Shown piece by piece: positions 1 to 11,980 of a stretch of DNA of 64,000 nt. The translations under genes and the position numbers were made by a program. Each line of letters opens with the position of its first letter. Position 1 is the stretch's first letter. This DNA comes from Heterodontus francisci. Taxonomy: Eukaryota. The notes beneath the pieces were generated by a model. It did not search any database. It saw nothing but the letters and a program-made list of their open reading frames with translations, and was not told the origin of the DNA. The stretch is taken from contig NC_090411.1 of NCBI RefSeq assembly GCF_036365525.1, forward strand, positions 21,467,259 through 21,531,258, in the 5' to 3' direction.

Positions 1-429
1 GGGAAGTACCGTGTACCATCCCTCCGTTAACAGTGTACGCTTTGTGTTTGTGAGGGGGCAATGGCACACTAGGCACCCTGTGTGTGGGAGGGTGCCAGAA
101 AGGGCAGGAGCATTAAGGTTATATGGATGGTGGGGGCAATCAATTCAGCTGGTAGGATCTTGATGTGGTCATGCTGTGCCACTCTGAGTGTTGGCCAAGA
201 TGGGCAATGCCATGGCACGCCACATAGTTGATCCAGGAAAGCAGCTGATGTACCCGTCAACACCAATCCCTGCCCTGTTAGGAACCTTTGAATGCATGAA
301 GGGTTCAACTTTATTTATCACATGGAAATAGGTATGGCTCATCCTACATTGTGTGAACCGCTGCACGTGAGGATCCGTATGCGCCAGAGGCAATACCATC
401 AGGCAGGTGCGATCCACGTAGAGGCCCCC

Positions 430-1340
430 GGTCGTGAGCAGCAGCCCCCAAGGGGAGCTCGCCATTACGTTTGCCGTGCATCTACAGGCCTCACATGACA
501 TGCCATTGGATGTCAGAGCACCAACGTCAGAGGAGATTGCACATATAGAGAGGGTGGTGACATGTCGCTGTGCCCTGCTCAAGGCTCCGGTGGACATCCC
601 ATGCCTTTGTTCCTCACAGTGGCAGCGTTCTCAAGCCTGACGCCTCTGCAGCCTTTTAGGGGCCCACCAGAGACCTTTGTGGGGTCACAGAGTCAGCAGT
701 GCACTGCTGCATCAGGGAGGTCACCAATGCCCTGCACCGGAAGGCCAGTGAGGATGTCCACTTCAGGACGGACTCTCACAGCCAGGCCCAGAGGGTTATC
801 GGTTCTGGTACCATTGCTGGAGAACCATAGGTTGTAACGTTCATAGACTGCACTCATGTGGCCATCAGGCCTACTGCCAGGCTACCACCTGCAGACGTCA
901 CCATTAAAGGAGCCCTCTCAATCTCGGTGAAGCTGGTATGTGAACACCGCAGATGCTTGCAGCGAATATGTGACCACTTCTCAGGCAGCTACCAAGACAC
1001 CTGGGTCTTGCGCCAGTCCCAGCCGCCACCGCTGTTCACTGAACTGGCTCAGATGGAGGGGTGGCTTCTTGGACATAAGGGCTATCCTTTGCAGACATGG
1101 CTCCCGACATCAGTAAGAGACTCCACCACTGCTGCAGAGGAGAGATACAACACCAGCCACTGAGCTACATGAGCCACCATTGAGCAGGAGATTGGCATGC
1201 TGAAAGAACGCCTCCAATGCCTGGATGGATCGGGTGATGCCCTGCACTACGGGCCGAAAAGGCCAGCTCCATTCTTTGCTGCTCTGAACAACTATGCACC
1301 CAATAGGGACCAGGCCTGGCATGATGAGGAGAGACGTCAA
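430..1340 (+). mobile_element. Degenerate PIF/Harbinger DDE transposase (HARBI1-like) remnant
   Basis: Reads IDCTHVAIR (843-869), WLLGHKGYPL (the catalytic D of GDKGY is H here), ERYNTSH*..TIEQEIGMLKERLQCLDGSG, and upstream DLCGVTESAVHCCIREVTNAL. Stops and frameshifts are present. Confidence 0.85.
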
Positions 1341-2044
1341 CAGGATTCCTCCTCATGAGGACACTGAGGACCCATAACATGAAAGACGCATGGGAAGGCA
1401 GATGGCACCCAGGCTCTGCACGCAGGGCTAGCAGTGAGCTAGGGATGTACAGAAGTGGCTTATCAGACAAAGGCAGCCTGCTCCAGAGGAACCGACATGA
1501 GCTCTGCAAGCCACACATCACCCTCGCTCACCTGCTGTGCACCAGTCTACATCTGCAACATCCCTGTGTAAACCATTAGAGGCAGCAACTGACTGAGTCA
1601 ATGTCCATGTCACTGCATCCGTGGAGACGCTCATGTGTAATGGTGGCATGGCAATGATGTTATTGTGTACGTTGGCTCTCCTGAAGGGCCAACGGTGCCA
1701 AGGAATGTGACATTGGCGCTACATGCTGGCACATATCATTCGCACAGAGAAAAGGACAAACATGCTGGTGCAGAATATTTAGTGAAAGATGTATATACAT
1801 AGCTGTAACACCCGTGCTTCCCATTTGTTTCAGTGTGTTCTCTGTAAACTTCTGTAATACCTTTCATGGTGTATTTAAGTCTCACGTCCTGGAATGTGCA
1901 ATTGTAAGATTATTCACCCAGTTGTGGCGCGCCTACAAGAAGGAATGTTACACTTGAGTGGAAGAAGAGCATCGCAACTTCACAGGACACTGGGACACAG
2001 CAGGGTAAGTATATGGTGGCAAAGCGGAAAGTGCTGGTGTCACT

Positions 2045-2154
2045 CAGCAGGTCAGGCAGCATCTGTGGAGAGAGAAGCAGAGTTAACTTTCAGGTCTGTG
2101 AACTTGGACAAGTTAACTCTGCTTCTCTCTCCACAGTTGCTGCCTGAACTGCTG
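2045..2154. repeat. Inverted repeat of two Penelope-like termini (45-bp arms, 20-nt loop)
   Basis: 2045-2089 matches the reverse complement of 2110-2154 with 2 mismatches. Confidence 0.9.
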
Positions 2155-2189
2155 GGTTTCTGCAGCATTTTCTGCTTTGCTGCAGGATT

Positions 2190-2436
2190 GACGGCAGCCC
2201 CACTCTTCAGCAGTCATGTCAGTATTTCTTTGACAGCTGTCAGGAAGCAGGTGCTAGGCCCCTTTAATTAGGGCCCCAGTACCTGCTGCAGAGCTGTCAA
2301 AACTCTCGCTGTGCCGAAAGTCCCGCTTTCCCCCACGTAATATGCAGTGGGGGGAGGGGGCACACGGCCTCTATGGAAATGAGCCCCCACGATTAATATT
2401 AATACGGAACGCGGCTCCCCAATAAAATTCAGCCCC
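2190..2436. mobile_element. Probable Harbinger subterminal region and right TIR
   Basis: Ends AATAAAATTCAGCCCC (reverse complement GGGGCTGAATTTTATT), which resembles the GGGCTGGATTTTAG start at about 7847. Confidence 0.45.
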
Positions 2437-2769
2437 AGAAAGCTCCCCGGTTCAATCCACAGTCTGTGCTTAGTTAGCTGGTCTGTGCTGCTGAACACTA
2501 AGATGGTACAATTGGCTTGCTAAACTTTCCTTCCTCTTTAAGTCATCACTGTGTCTTTGACAAACATTTTCTTAGTTGCTTGCAAATGTATTTTTTTTTT
2601 ATGAAGGTGGCACTCCTTTAGTTTGGGAGACAACATAAAACTTATTACATAGTATTACAGAATCTTTACAGCACAGAAACAGGCCATTTGGTCCAACAAG
2701 TCCACGTTGGTGTTTGTGCTCCACACAAACCTCCTCCATTTCTTCTTGAACTAACCCTGTCAATATATC

Positions 2770-3660
2770 ATAAAAGCAAGATACTGCAGATGCTGGAAAT
2801 CTGAAATAAAAACAAGAAAGGCTGTAAATACTCAGCAGGTCTGGCAGCATCTAATGAGAGACAAGCAGAGTTTGTCTCCACATCCAAAGGATCATCCTCT
2901 GCCATTTCCGCCTCCTCCAGCATGATGCCACTACCAAACGCATCTTCCCCTCCTCTCCCTTTTCAGCATTCCGAAGGGATCATTCCCTCCGTGACACAAT
3001 GGTCCGCTCCTCCATTACTCCGAATATGTCGTCCCTTCCCACGGCACCTTCCCATGCAATTGCAGGTGTAATACTGGCACTTTTACCTCCTCTCTCCTCA
3101 CTATCCAAGACCCCAAACACTCCTTTCAGGTGAAGCAGTGATTTACTTGTACTTCTTTCAATTTAGTATACTGTATTCGCTGCTCACAATGTGGTCTCCT
3201 CTACACTGGAGAGACCAAACGCAGATTGGATGACCGCTTTACGGAACACCTCTGCTCAGTCCGAAAGCAAGACCCTGAGCTTCCGGTTGCTCGCCATTTC
3301 AACACACCCCCTGCCCTCATGCCCACATATCTGTCCTGGGCTTGCCGCAGTGCTTCAGTGAACATCAACGAAAGTTCGAGGAACAGCATCTCATTTACTG
3401 ATTAGGCACACTACAGCCTGTCGGACCGATTATTGAGTTCAATAATTTCAGAGCATGACAGCCCCCTCCCCTTTTTACTTTCAGTTATTTTTTCTTTTTC
3501 TTTTTTCTTTTTATTTTATTTTACTTTGTTTCAACATTCATTTTTCTTACCATGTGCCTGCCCACTTTTTTTTCATGTTTGTGCTTTTGGCCAGGGCTGT
3601 TCATTTTTCTGTCCATTAACACCCTCTCTGCACTAAAGCTTTGTCTTTCAGCACAAAATA
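2770..3660 (+). mobile_element. Penelope-like element 3' fragment (GIY-YIG endonuclease) with inverted terminal segment
   Basis: Translates as HGTFPCN..C..F..QVKQ*FTCTSFNLVYCIRCSQCGLLYTGETKRRLDDRFTEHL. 2770-2872 is the element terminus in the opposite orientation (compare the contiguous copy at 38198-38700). Confidence 0.85.
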
Positions 3661-3744
3661 CAAACCGAGGAACACATAACAATCATTCTTTTACCGGAAA
3701 AGAGGGGTCGACCGTCCCGGGTGAAGACCCCTCCTCAGAACTCA

Positions 3745-4040
3745 ACCATCTCTCCCATCTTATTTTGTACAATTGTGTAACATTTGCAATCCTCCAGGCC
3801 TCCGGCACCATCCCTGTCTCTAGGAGAATTGGAAGACTGTGTCCAGCACCTCCGCAATTTCGACTCCCACTTCACAGCCAGCTTGGATGCAATCCCATCC
3901 GGACTGAGTGACTTACCCACTTTAAGTACCACCGGCCTTTCTAGTCCCTCCTCTTTATCTATTTTTATCTCATCCAGTATGCACACCTACTGCATCAGCA
4001 TCTGGGGAAGGACATTGTATCACAGTACTGGTGGGTGAGG
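3745..4040 (-). mobile_element. CR1 LINE ORF2 internal fragment (degenerate)
   Basis: Minus ORF KVGKSLSPDGIASKL matches the CR1 'KSPGPDGIHPRVL' region. Confidence 0.6.
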
Positions 4041-4909
4041 GGTTTCTCGATCTGGCTTCGGCCTATCTTTGTCTTTCGGTTGTCGTGTTGGTCTGCTGTA
4101 CATTCCCAGCATGGCCCATTTTTATTTCAGGGTTCCAGCATCTGCAGTTTTCCTCATTAGTTATTGTTGTCACCTTTTGTAATTTCCGTGTCATTCTGTG
4201 TCTTACTGTGATGATCTCTGTAGAGTACTCACCACTGTTCACATCTTCCTATCTGATACATAAAACTAGTTTGGGCCTTCTCCCTCCCCCCAACACCCGC
4301 ATTATGTCTTGTTCATTGAAGAGTTTGTGTTACTCCTAGCTCTGAACGTAGAATCATAGAATTATACAGCTCAGAAAGAGGGCATTTGGCCCATCGTGCC
4401 TGTGCCAGCTCTTTGAAAGAGCTATCCAATTAGTCCCATTCCCCTGCCCTTTCCCCATCTCCCTGCAATTTTCTCCCCTTCATTTATTAAATCTTAATTC
4501 CCTTTTGAAAGTTACTATTGAATTTGCTTCCACCACCCTGTTAGAAAGTGCATTCCAGATCATAATGAAAAAAGTCTTCCTATCTCACCCATGGCTCTTT
4601 TGAAGGTTCAGTTGCCTAGACCCTCAGTTCTGGAATTCTCTCTCAAAATCTCTCCACCTCTCTACCTCCATTAAGGCACTCCTTAAAAACCTACCTCTTT
4701 GACCAAACTCTTGGTCACCTGCTGTAATATCTCTTTATGTGGCTCTGTGTCAATTTTGTTTTATAATGCCTTGGGAGGTTTTATTACATTTAAGATGCTA
4801 TGTAAACACAACTTGTTGTTGTAAGTTGTTGACTGTGTCTGAAACAGGAACTTGTCCTTTCTCTTTCCAGTTGCTGATGGGTCTTTTGTGAATTTTCAAT
4901 GAATAATGT

Positions 4910-5096
4910 AAAACTACTTATCAAATTGATTTATTAGTTAACAAAACTACTTTGCAAATTGATTTATTATTTAGCACAACTACTTATCAAATTGATTTAT
5001 TAGTTAACAAAACTACTTTGCAAATTGATTTATTTAACAAAACTATTTATCAAATTGATTTATTAGTTAACAAACTGATTTATTATTTAACAAAAC
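4910..5096. repeat. AT-rich minisatellite, about 33-bp unit, about 5.5 copies
   Basis: Unit AAACTACTTATCAAATTGATTTATTAGTTAACA alternates with an AAACTACTTTGCAAATTGATTTA.. variant. Confidence 0.9.
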
Positions 5097-6014
5097 AGTA
5101 TCACAACTATAATAACTTTGCTGTTCACTTCAGCTACAAAGAGCTCTTGTGAGCAAATAGGAATGTTGAAAATCACGCAGAATATTTCTGTGAAAATTCT
5201 CAGAACCGTCAATAATGAGTGATACAGAATTAATGGGAATATATGGGTTCATAAGCAAGTGAACAGATCACAACGCATCCTTACAGCCCCTGCATCCTGT
5301 TTTCCAATCAGTGCCTGGTATCTCTGGGCAAATAATTCAATCCCTAATGATTAGAAATTACAACAGGGCCATGTTAATTAACTTCATAAAGAATATTAAC
5401 CCAAAATTAAACTCCGTTCATTCAAAAATGAACAGGATGGGTCCACTGAAGGCCAACAGGTAAATAGACCGGAAGCAAACGAGGCATTTAGATGAGGGGT
5501 GGGCAATTCAGTTGGTTTTCAGAATCATTGGGCTAAGGAAAGGGATAAACAGACAGGGTTTCCTGTCAAGTTATAGCTGATGGAAGGTGTGGCTGTGTAG
5601 TCTTTAGGTGGGGGCAGCTTTGGGCCCAGGTGCGATGCCCCCACAGTGGAAGTGCTGACTAGTAGTCACGTCCTGACTCGTCAACATGAAGAATTGACAC
5701 TTGGGTGAAGGTAACCAGTGGAGCAGTAACTGATGGGGATAGGCGAAGGTGTGCAAATTAAAAATGAAGCATACAGTAACTTCTGAAACATTTCCTTTCA
5801 CGCTCAGCTTTAAGATGTCAGAGAATCATGGAATGGTTTCAGCACTGAAGGAGGCCATTCGGCCCGTCGTGTCTGTGCTGGCTCTCTGAAGGAGAGTGCC
5901 ACTCCGATCATCATGGGTGATGACCCCAGGAATCTAAAGGGTTCAAGCACGAGAGCTCAGTAACAAGTTTAGCCGAGGATACAATCAGATGAGGCTCCGA
6001 TCTGAATATCTTAC

Positions 6015-6076
6015 CTTAATGCTCGCCTGCGTCCTGGATCCATCTGTAATTGTACGGAGTCCGCCACCCTTTCCAT
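6015..6076 (-). CDS. Candidate first coding exon of an unidentified minus-strand gene (MERVADSVQLQMDPGRRRAL..)
   Basis: Kozak context gccATGG at 6076, 20 open codons, then AG|gtaaga donor. The context is CpG-containing and non-repetitive. No homolog recognised. Confidence 0.4.
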
Positions 6077-6199
6077 GGCAAGACACTTGCAGAGATGAAT
6101 TTTGTTTTATGGAGAGCCTTGTGCCTGGACAGCGAATATCAACCTCACACCTACGATGCTTGGCCTGAGGACCCGAAACCAAATCTGCTGGAGGGAAGC

Positions 6200-6490
6200 T
6201 ACACTGTAATTGTGCAATCGAAAGTTCTCAGGACTTTTCCAAACTTTCTTTCTTGACCCAGTTAACGCTTGTTCAGTTAGCCCGCCCGCAAACTTTCCAA
6301 CGTGGAGTTTTGATTTAGATCTTTTCATTTTTCACGATATGTGGCGGGAGGAGCGGGGGGGGGGGGGGGGGAGGTGGGACTGTTTCTTGGTATTTCAGAA
6401 AATACCTAATGTCCTTCTTTCCGCTGGGGTTCCAAACTGCCGTCACTCCTGAAGAATTCCACGCCTGCCGGTTGTGCAATCTTCGCATGA
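6200..6490 (-). promoter_or_regulatory. Candidate promoter/enhancer with C/EBP and NF-kB-like motifs
   Basis: ATTGTGCAAT 6209-6218, GTTGTGCAAT 6471-6480, GGACTTTTCC 6231-6240, AACTTTCC 6291, GC boxes, G17 run 6355-6371. Confidence 0.4.
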
Positions 6491-6597
6491 TAAATAAATG
6501 TTTGAAAGAAAGGGGAGGAGAATTGCAAACGAGCAGAAAGGTGACATTTAAAAAATAAATGGTGAAAATAACCCAGCAACTGTACTAGGATGGAAGA

Positions 6598-7025
6598 AAA
6601 AGACTTTCATTTAGATAGCGCCTTTCACTGCCACAGGATGTTCCCAAAGCACTTTATAGCCAATGAAGTACTTTTGAAGTGTAGTTACTGTTGTAATGTA
6701 GGAAACTGTGGCAGCCAATTTGCGCACAGCAAGATCCCACAGACAGCAATGCGATAATGACCAGATAACCTGCTTTTGTGATTTTGATCAAGGGATAAAT
6801 ATTGGTCAGGACACTGGGGAGCGGGCTGCTGCTCTTCTTTGAAATAGTGCCATGAAATCCTTGAAAACTACCCAAGAGGGCGGACGGGATCTCAGTTTAA
6901 TGTCTCATCCGAAAAACAGTGCTGATGGCAGTGCGGCACTCCCTCAATACTGCACTGGACTGCCAGCTTTGATTTCTGTGCTCGAGCCCTGGATTGGGAC
7001 TTGAACCAACTCAGAGGCGAGAGTG
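6598..7025 (-). mobile_element. tRNA-derived Deu-domain SINE (SacSINE1-like)
   Basis: B-box GGTTCAAGTCCC on the minus strand, Deu core (TTTCGGATGAGACATTAAAC...CATGGCACTATTTC), L2-like tail. Confidence 0.75.
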
Positions 7026-7054
7026 AGAGTTTAACATTTGGAACACATTTCGTT

Positions 7055-7367
7055 TCCCGCAAAAATATGTTTTATTCATACGACTTGTAAGGGTATATTA
7101 CAATTCAGGTGTGACAGTACATAAAGTGCTTATAAATCAATTTGGCTAAATACTTGGCACTCTAGGGTGCCTCACTCCACTTACAATGCAGTTTGCAACT
7201 ATATTTATGTTGCATTTCAACATTTTCTGATTCATGCAGCCCAAGGGGTTTTACCTTCCAGCCCCCCGATGAACTATGGCGGGAGGGCCCAAGACTGTGG
7301 CCTTTCCCCATTGAGTCTTTGCAGTGGCAGCCCCAAGTTTCAGTGCATCCCTCAGCACATAGTCCGG
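7055..7367 (-). mobile_element. Tx1-type non-LTR retrotransposon 3' end
   Basis: Minus frame DYVLRDALKLGAATAKTQWGKATV, followed by a 3' UTR ending near AATAAA. Confidence 0.6.
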
Positions 7368-9145
7368 AGAACAAATGTTTTCTTACAAGTCAGAAAGCCC
7401 CATTTGCCTGAAAGATATGAAAATTAAAACAAGTGAAAATTATCTGTCTGTGTTCTGCTTGCCCCAGAACCCCTTTGAACTCTTTGGTCAGCAGAGGCTG
7501 GGGTAGCCCTCAGTGCCACAATTTACCAGGCTCCCTTCTTCTAATCTCCAACTGCAGAACAGAGCAGAAGAAAATCTGCTCCGCAGTCCTTTATAAGCAG
7601 ACCTGTTGTGACCATAGCAAGACAGTGTTGTTTATGAGAGCAGGATATTTGGTTCATGAAGGTTTGAGAGGGGATTAGAACGAAGTAAGTGATCTGGTTC
7701 AGTGAGTTGTGAAAGCTGAGAGCTTTTGGTAAGAAAATAGTTGAGGATTTGTGAACATGTAGTTCAGACTTGGGATATGGGTGAAAGGGAAGGGAGAAAT
7801 GGAAAGGATAATGGGGTGGTCGGAAGCTGAGGAGTTGGGATACATAGGGCTGGATTTTAGGAGTCTGCTGTTGCTCTCAGTGGGCCACATGCCTTCGAAC
7901 CGCCAAAATCTCCTGCGCGGCAGCATATTTAAATGGCCGTGGCGGCACCCCCGCCCCCTCCCTCCAATCATGTGGAGGGGGTGGGCTGTCTGATGCCAAC
8001 AATGGCATCAGACATATAATATTGGGAGAAGTGGGGAAGAGGAATTTGAAAACTTGGCGGGACGGGGAAGAGAATGGGGCCGCTGAGAATGCTGCTGATC
8101 GCAAAGGGAGCTGTCTGCAAAGATCTAGCGATCTCTATCCTGTGGTTTTCCCCTCTCCCCACTGCTGTTTAAAAGTGGTGCAAAGTCAAGGGGATCTCCA
8201 GACGTCAGCAGCAGTGATGCCATCAAAAGCAGGGAAAGCAGCCAATCACATTGAAGCATTCTCAGAGACCAAACCAGGAAGTTAAAAGCACTGAATCCCT
8301 TCACTTCTAATTTAAATATTTCAGATAGCGAAATAAATGATTATGATTGAACCATTGAATGGTAACAGCACAGGAGGAGGCCATTCGGCCCATCATGTCT
8401 GTGCCAGCTCTCTGCAAGATCAACTCAGCTAGTCCCACACCGCTGCCTTTTCCCTATAGTCCTGCAAATCTTTTCTCTTCAGATAATTATCCAATTCCCT
8501 TTTGAAAGCCACGATCAGATTAAGATTGAAACTTAAGTATCATAAACAAACTTTAATAAAGTATTTTTAAAAAGTATCAAAATGAGAAATTCCACAAATA
8601 TAAAATTAGCTTTCCAGGGCCAATGAAGGTGTTTAGCAGCAATTAGGAACTTAGTATGCCATTAAAAACCCAATTACACCTCATTCAACAAGATATAATT
8701 CTTTTTCAAGGCTTTTTACAGAAAGGCTAAGAACATAAGAAAAAAGAAAGACTTGTTTATACAGCACTTTTCACGGGGGTGGGGGGATCTTTTAACAGTG
8801 CACCTTCTGAAGGAACGTAGACCGACTGACAGAAACTTTTGGATTTCCACATTATTTTGCGCACGTGCAGATTCTCAAAGTTGCTGTCAGTTCAGTAGAG
8901 TAATAACAGCGAACGTTGACAGTTTCAGCATTATTACCAATCCAAAGTCAAGGCCAAAAGGTTATCCCTATTTTCAAGGAGGAGGAAAGGGGAGGAAAAA
9001 TTACAAGTAAAGATTTACATTGAGTATACAGCACAGGAACAGGCCATTCGGCCCAAATGGTCTATGCCAGCGTTTATGCTCCACATGAATCTCCTCCAAC
9101 CATCAGATTGGAAGAATCTAATGGAACTCTATGTCTCGCGAACAG

Positions 9146-10112
9146 ATCACAAGGATCTGTTTTGGGGCCACTGCTGTTTGTCATTTTTATAAATGACCTG
9201 GATGAGGGTGTAGAAGGGTGGGTTAGTAAATTTGCGGATGACACGAAGGTCGGTGGAGTTGTGGATAGTGCCGAAGGATGTTGTAGGTTACAGAGGGACA
9301 TAGATAGGCTGCAGAGCTGGGCTGAGAGATGGCAAATGGAGTTTAATGTGGAAAAGTGTGAGGTGATTCACTTTGGAAGGAGTAACAGGAATGCAGAGTA
9401 CTGGGCTAATGGGAAGATTCTTGGTAGTGTAGATGAGCAAAGAGATCTTGGTGTCCAGGTACATAAATCCCTGAAAGTTGCCACCCAAGTTAATAGGGCT
9501 GTTAAGAAGGCATATGGTGTGTTAGCTTTTATTAGTAGGGGGATCGAGTTTCGGAGCCACGAGGTCATGCTGCAGCTGTACAAAACTCTGGTGCGGCCGC
9601 ACTTGGAGTATTGCATGCAGTTCTGGTCACCGCATTATAGGAAGGATGTGGAAGCTTTGGAAAGGGTGCAGAGGAGATTTACTAGGATGTTGCCTGGTAT
9701 GGAGGGAAGGTCTTACGAGGAAAGGCTGAGGGACTTGAGGTTGTTTTCGTTAGAGAGAAGGAGGAGGAGAGGTGACTTAATAGAGACAAGATAATCAGAG
9801 GGTTAGATAGGGTGGATAGTGAGAGTCTTTTTCCTCGGATGGTGATGGCAAACACGAGGGGACATAGCTTTAAGTTGAGGGGTGATAGATATAGGACAGA
9901 TGTCAGAGGTAGTTTCTTTACTCAGAGAGTAGTAGGGGCGTGGAACGCCCTGCCTGCAACAGTAGTAGACTCGCCAACTTTAAGGGCATTTAAGTGGTCA
10001 TTGGATGGACATATGAATGAAAATGGAATAGTGTAGGTCAGATGGTTTCACAGGTCGGCGCAACATCGAGGGCCGAAGGGCCTGTACTGCGCTGTAATGT
10101 TCTAATGTTCTA
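9146..10112 (+). mobile_element. CR1 LINE 3' fragment (RT C-terminus and tail), young
   Basis: QGSVLGPLLFVIFINDLDEG..SKFADDTK..RPHLEYC; tail GTTCTAATGTTCTA. Confidence 0.95.
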
Positions 10113-10621
10113 AAAGACAAAAGATGGCATTTTGCTCTAGAGCAGACTCAGCAAGGAATTTACAGATCCAGATACTGTGAGGAAAACAAAAATTCTAAAA
10201 TAAAGTGGGCCATTGGGCCTTCACAAAAAAACCAAAGAAAAACAGACCAGATAAACCTGCTTTTTAAAAACACACAGAACAGATGAGGTATTTTTAAAAA
10301 CGGGAAGGGCTTTGAAAAAGGAAAGGAGACCCGGGGCTATTTAAAAAATTCAGACTAATGAGGGAAGTGGGAAAAACTGAGGGCAACCAGGTAAATTGTG
10401 GGGGAAAAAGGCACCACAATTGTGAAGCTTTTGAGTGAGAGCAGGAAATAGGAGCAAGAGCAAGTAACCATGGAGTGAGATCAGGGGTTAGAAAGAAGAG
10501 GTGAGAGCAGGGACATTAGAACCAGGAAGAGACTAAGGGGGATGAAAGAATGAAGCCCTAGAGAGCCTGCTATGGTGAGAAGGTGTGAGGTAACAGGAAT
10601 ACGCTGTCCTGCTAAAATATG

Positions 10622-11113
10622 TGTCGAAGATATTTTAATAACTCATACGGAGACTTCGAGATTCGTTACTAGGAGTTTATTTGCATGATATCACGGAGAG
10701 CCCGTACAGTCCACACTGTAAGCAGCACTCTCTCGAACAGTGAAGAGTGTTTATATTTATACACCAAACTAAACAACTTTGCGCTATCAGTTCACATTCC
10801 CTGACATTTAGCATCCCAGACCCCATCAATTGTCCTTGAGTCTTCCTTTCATCCTTATCAAGCTTGCATTCCTGAGTGCTTCGTGCAATCTGCAGTTACA
10901 TCAAGGCAGCTGTCGTATACTCTGATAAGAGGGGCCCTACATTCCTTATCAACAGGAATTGACAGCATACATTTCACAAGAGCCCATTGTCCCAAACCAC
11001 AAAGTGTTACATGATTATACCACAAAGGAACAGATCTCCTTATAATTACAGGAATCACATGCGTCAACTAGTCTGCTTTTACTTATTTCCCATGATTATT
11101 ATTTTCTTCCACA
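10622..11113 (-). mobile_element. Solo LTR with 5-bp TSD
   Basis: Inverted ends TGTCGAAGA...TCTTCCACA; ATATG at 10617-10621 and 11114-11118; minus-strand TATA (about 10751) and AATAAA (about 10677). Confidence 0.85.
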
Positions 11114-11319
11114 ATATGCTGTTTTAACGAACCAAATATAAGTGAAATGGTTTTTAAAACTTCAATGGAATGACTGAAGTTCAGCAGACATGTTTTGACT
11201 AACACGTCTTGTGATTTTTGGTACAAGCCAGGCAGCTCCATGCAGCCTGAGGAATTCTCTTGCCCCTTGCAGTGGTCCTGTTGCTATACAAGTCATTTCC
11301 ACAATCTGAGTGAAATTTA

Positions 11320-11980
11320 GTCTACCTCCCCATCACCTCTTTCAGCCCCTCCACAGCTTGTCTGACATTGAGTCCTGGATGAACTGCAATCTCCTCTAGC
11401 TATACATAGGGAAGACCACCTTTGGCCCCTGCCACAAACTGTGTATCTTTCCCACTGATTCCATTTCCCTCCTCGGCCACTGTCTCATGCAGAACCACAA
11501 TCTTGGTGTTTTATTAGCCCCAAACCTGAGTTTCTGATCCTAAATCCTCTCTGTCACAAAGAAGGCCTATTTTCACCTCTGTAACATCCCCCATCTCCAC
11601 CCAGGCAATCCGCTCCAGACTAAACTATTCTAATGCTTTCCTGGCCAGTATCCAACGCTCCATATATTTCAGCCCATCCAAAAAGTTGGTGCCCATAACC
11701 TTTTCCACTCGAAGATCCATCAACCAGTACCCTGTCCCCTATATTGGTCCCTAGACCCCCAAAGGCTCAAATTTAAGATTCTTGTTGTATTTAAATCCTT
11801 TCATGGCCTCACCCCTCACTATCTCTGTAACTTCATACAGCTCAACAAACAGCAACAGCCCCCCCCACCCCCATTCCTCTGACCCTAGCCCTTCAGCCAC
11901 CGTGACCCCGTGCTCTGGAATTCCCTTAAATACATCCTGTTCTCCATTTCTCTCTCTTCCTGTAAGATGGTCCTCAAAAT
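11320..11980 (+). mobile_element. L2 LINE 3' fragment (old)
   Basis: L2-like RT-end and 3' motifs (TCCAGACTAAACTATTCTAATGCTTTCCTGGCC; TTTAAGATTCTT; CCGTGCTCTGGAATTCCC). Confidence 0.65.

Noticed and set aside
858-1163. Functional HARBI1 host gene
   Set aside because: A catalytic Asp is lost (GHKGY), and there are in-frame stops and frameshifts.
4910-5096. CRISPR-like array
   Set aside because: Units are contiguous with no unique spacers, no cas genes are present, and the context is eukaryotic.
6015-6076. Same 62-nt length and phase as WBP2NL exon 1, suggesting a duplicated paralog
   Set aside because: No sequence similarity; treated as coincidence.
9057-9794. 245-aa chimeric ATG ORF as a domesticated RT gene
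   Set aside because: Chance fusion of an antisense repeat tail to a 5'-truncated CR1 lacking the N-terminal RT motifs.
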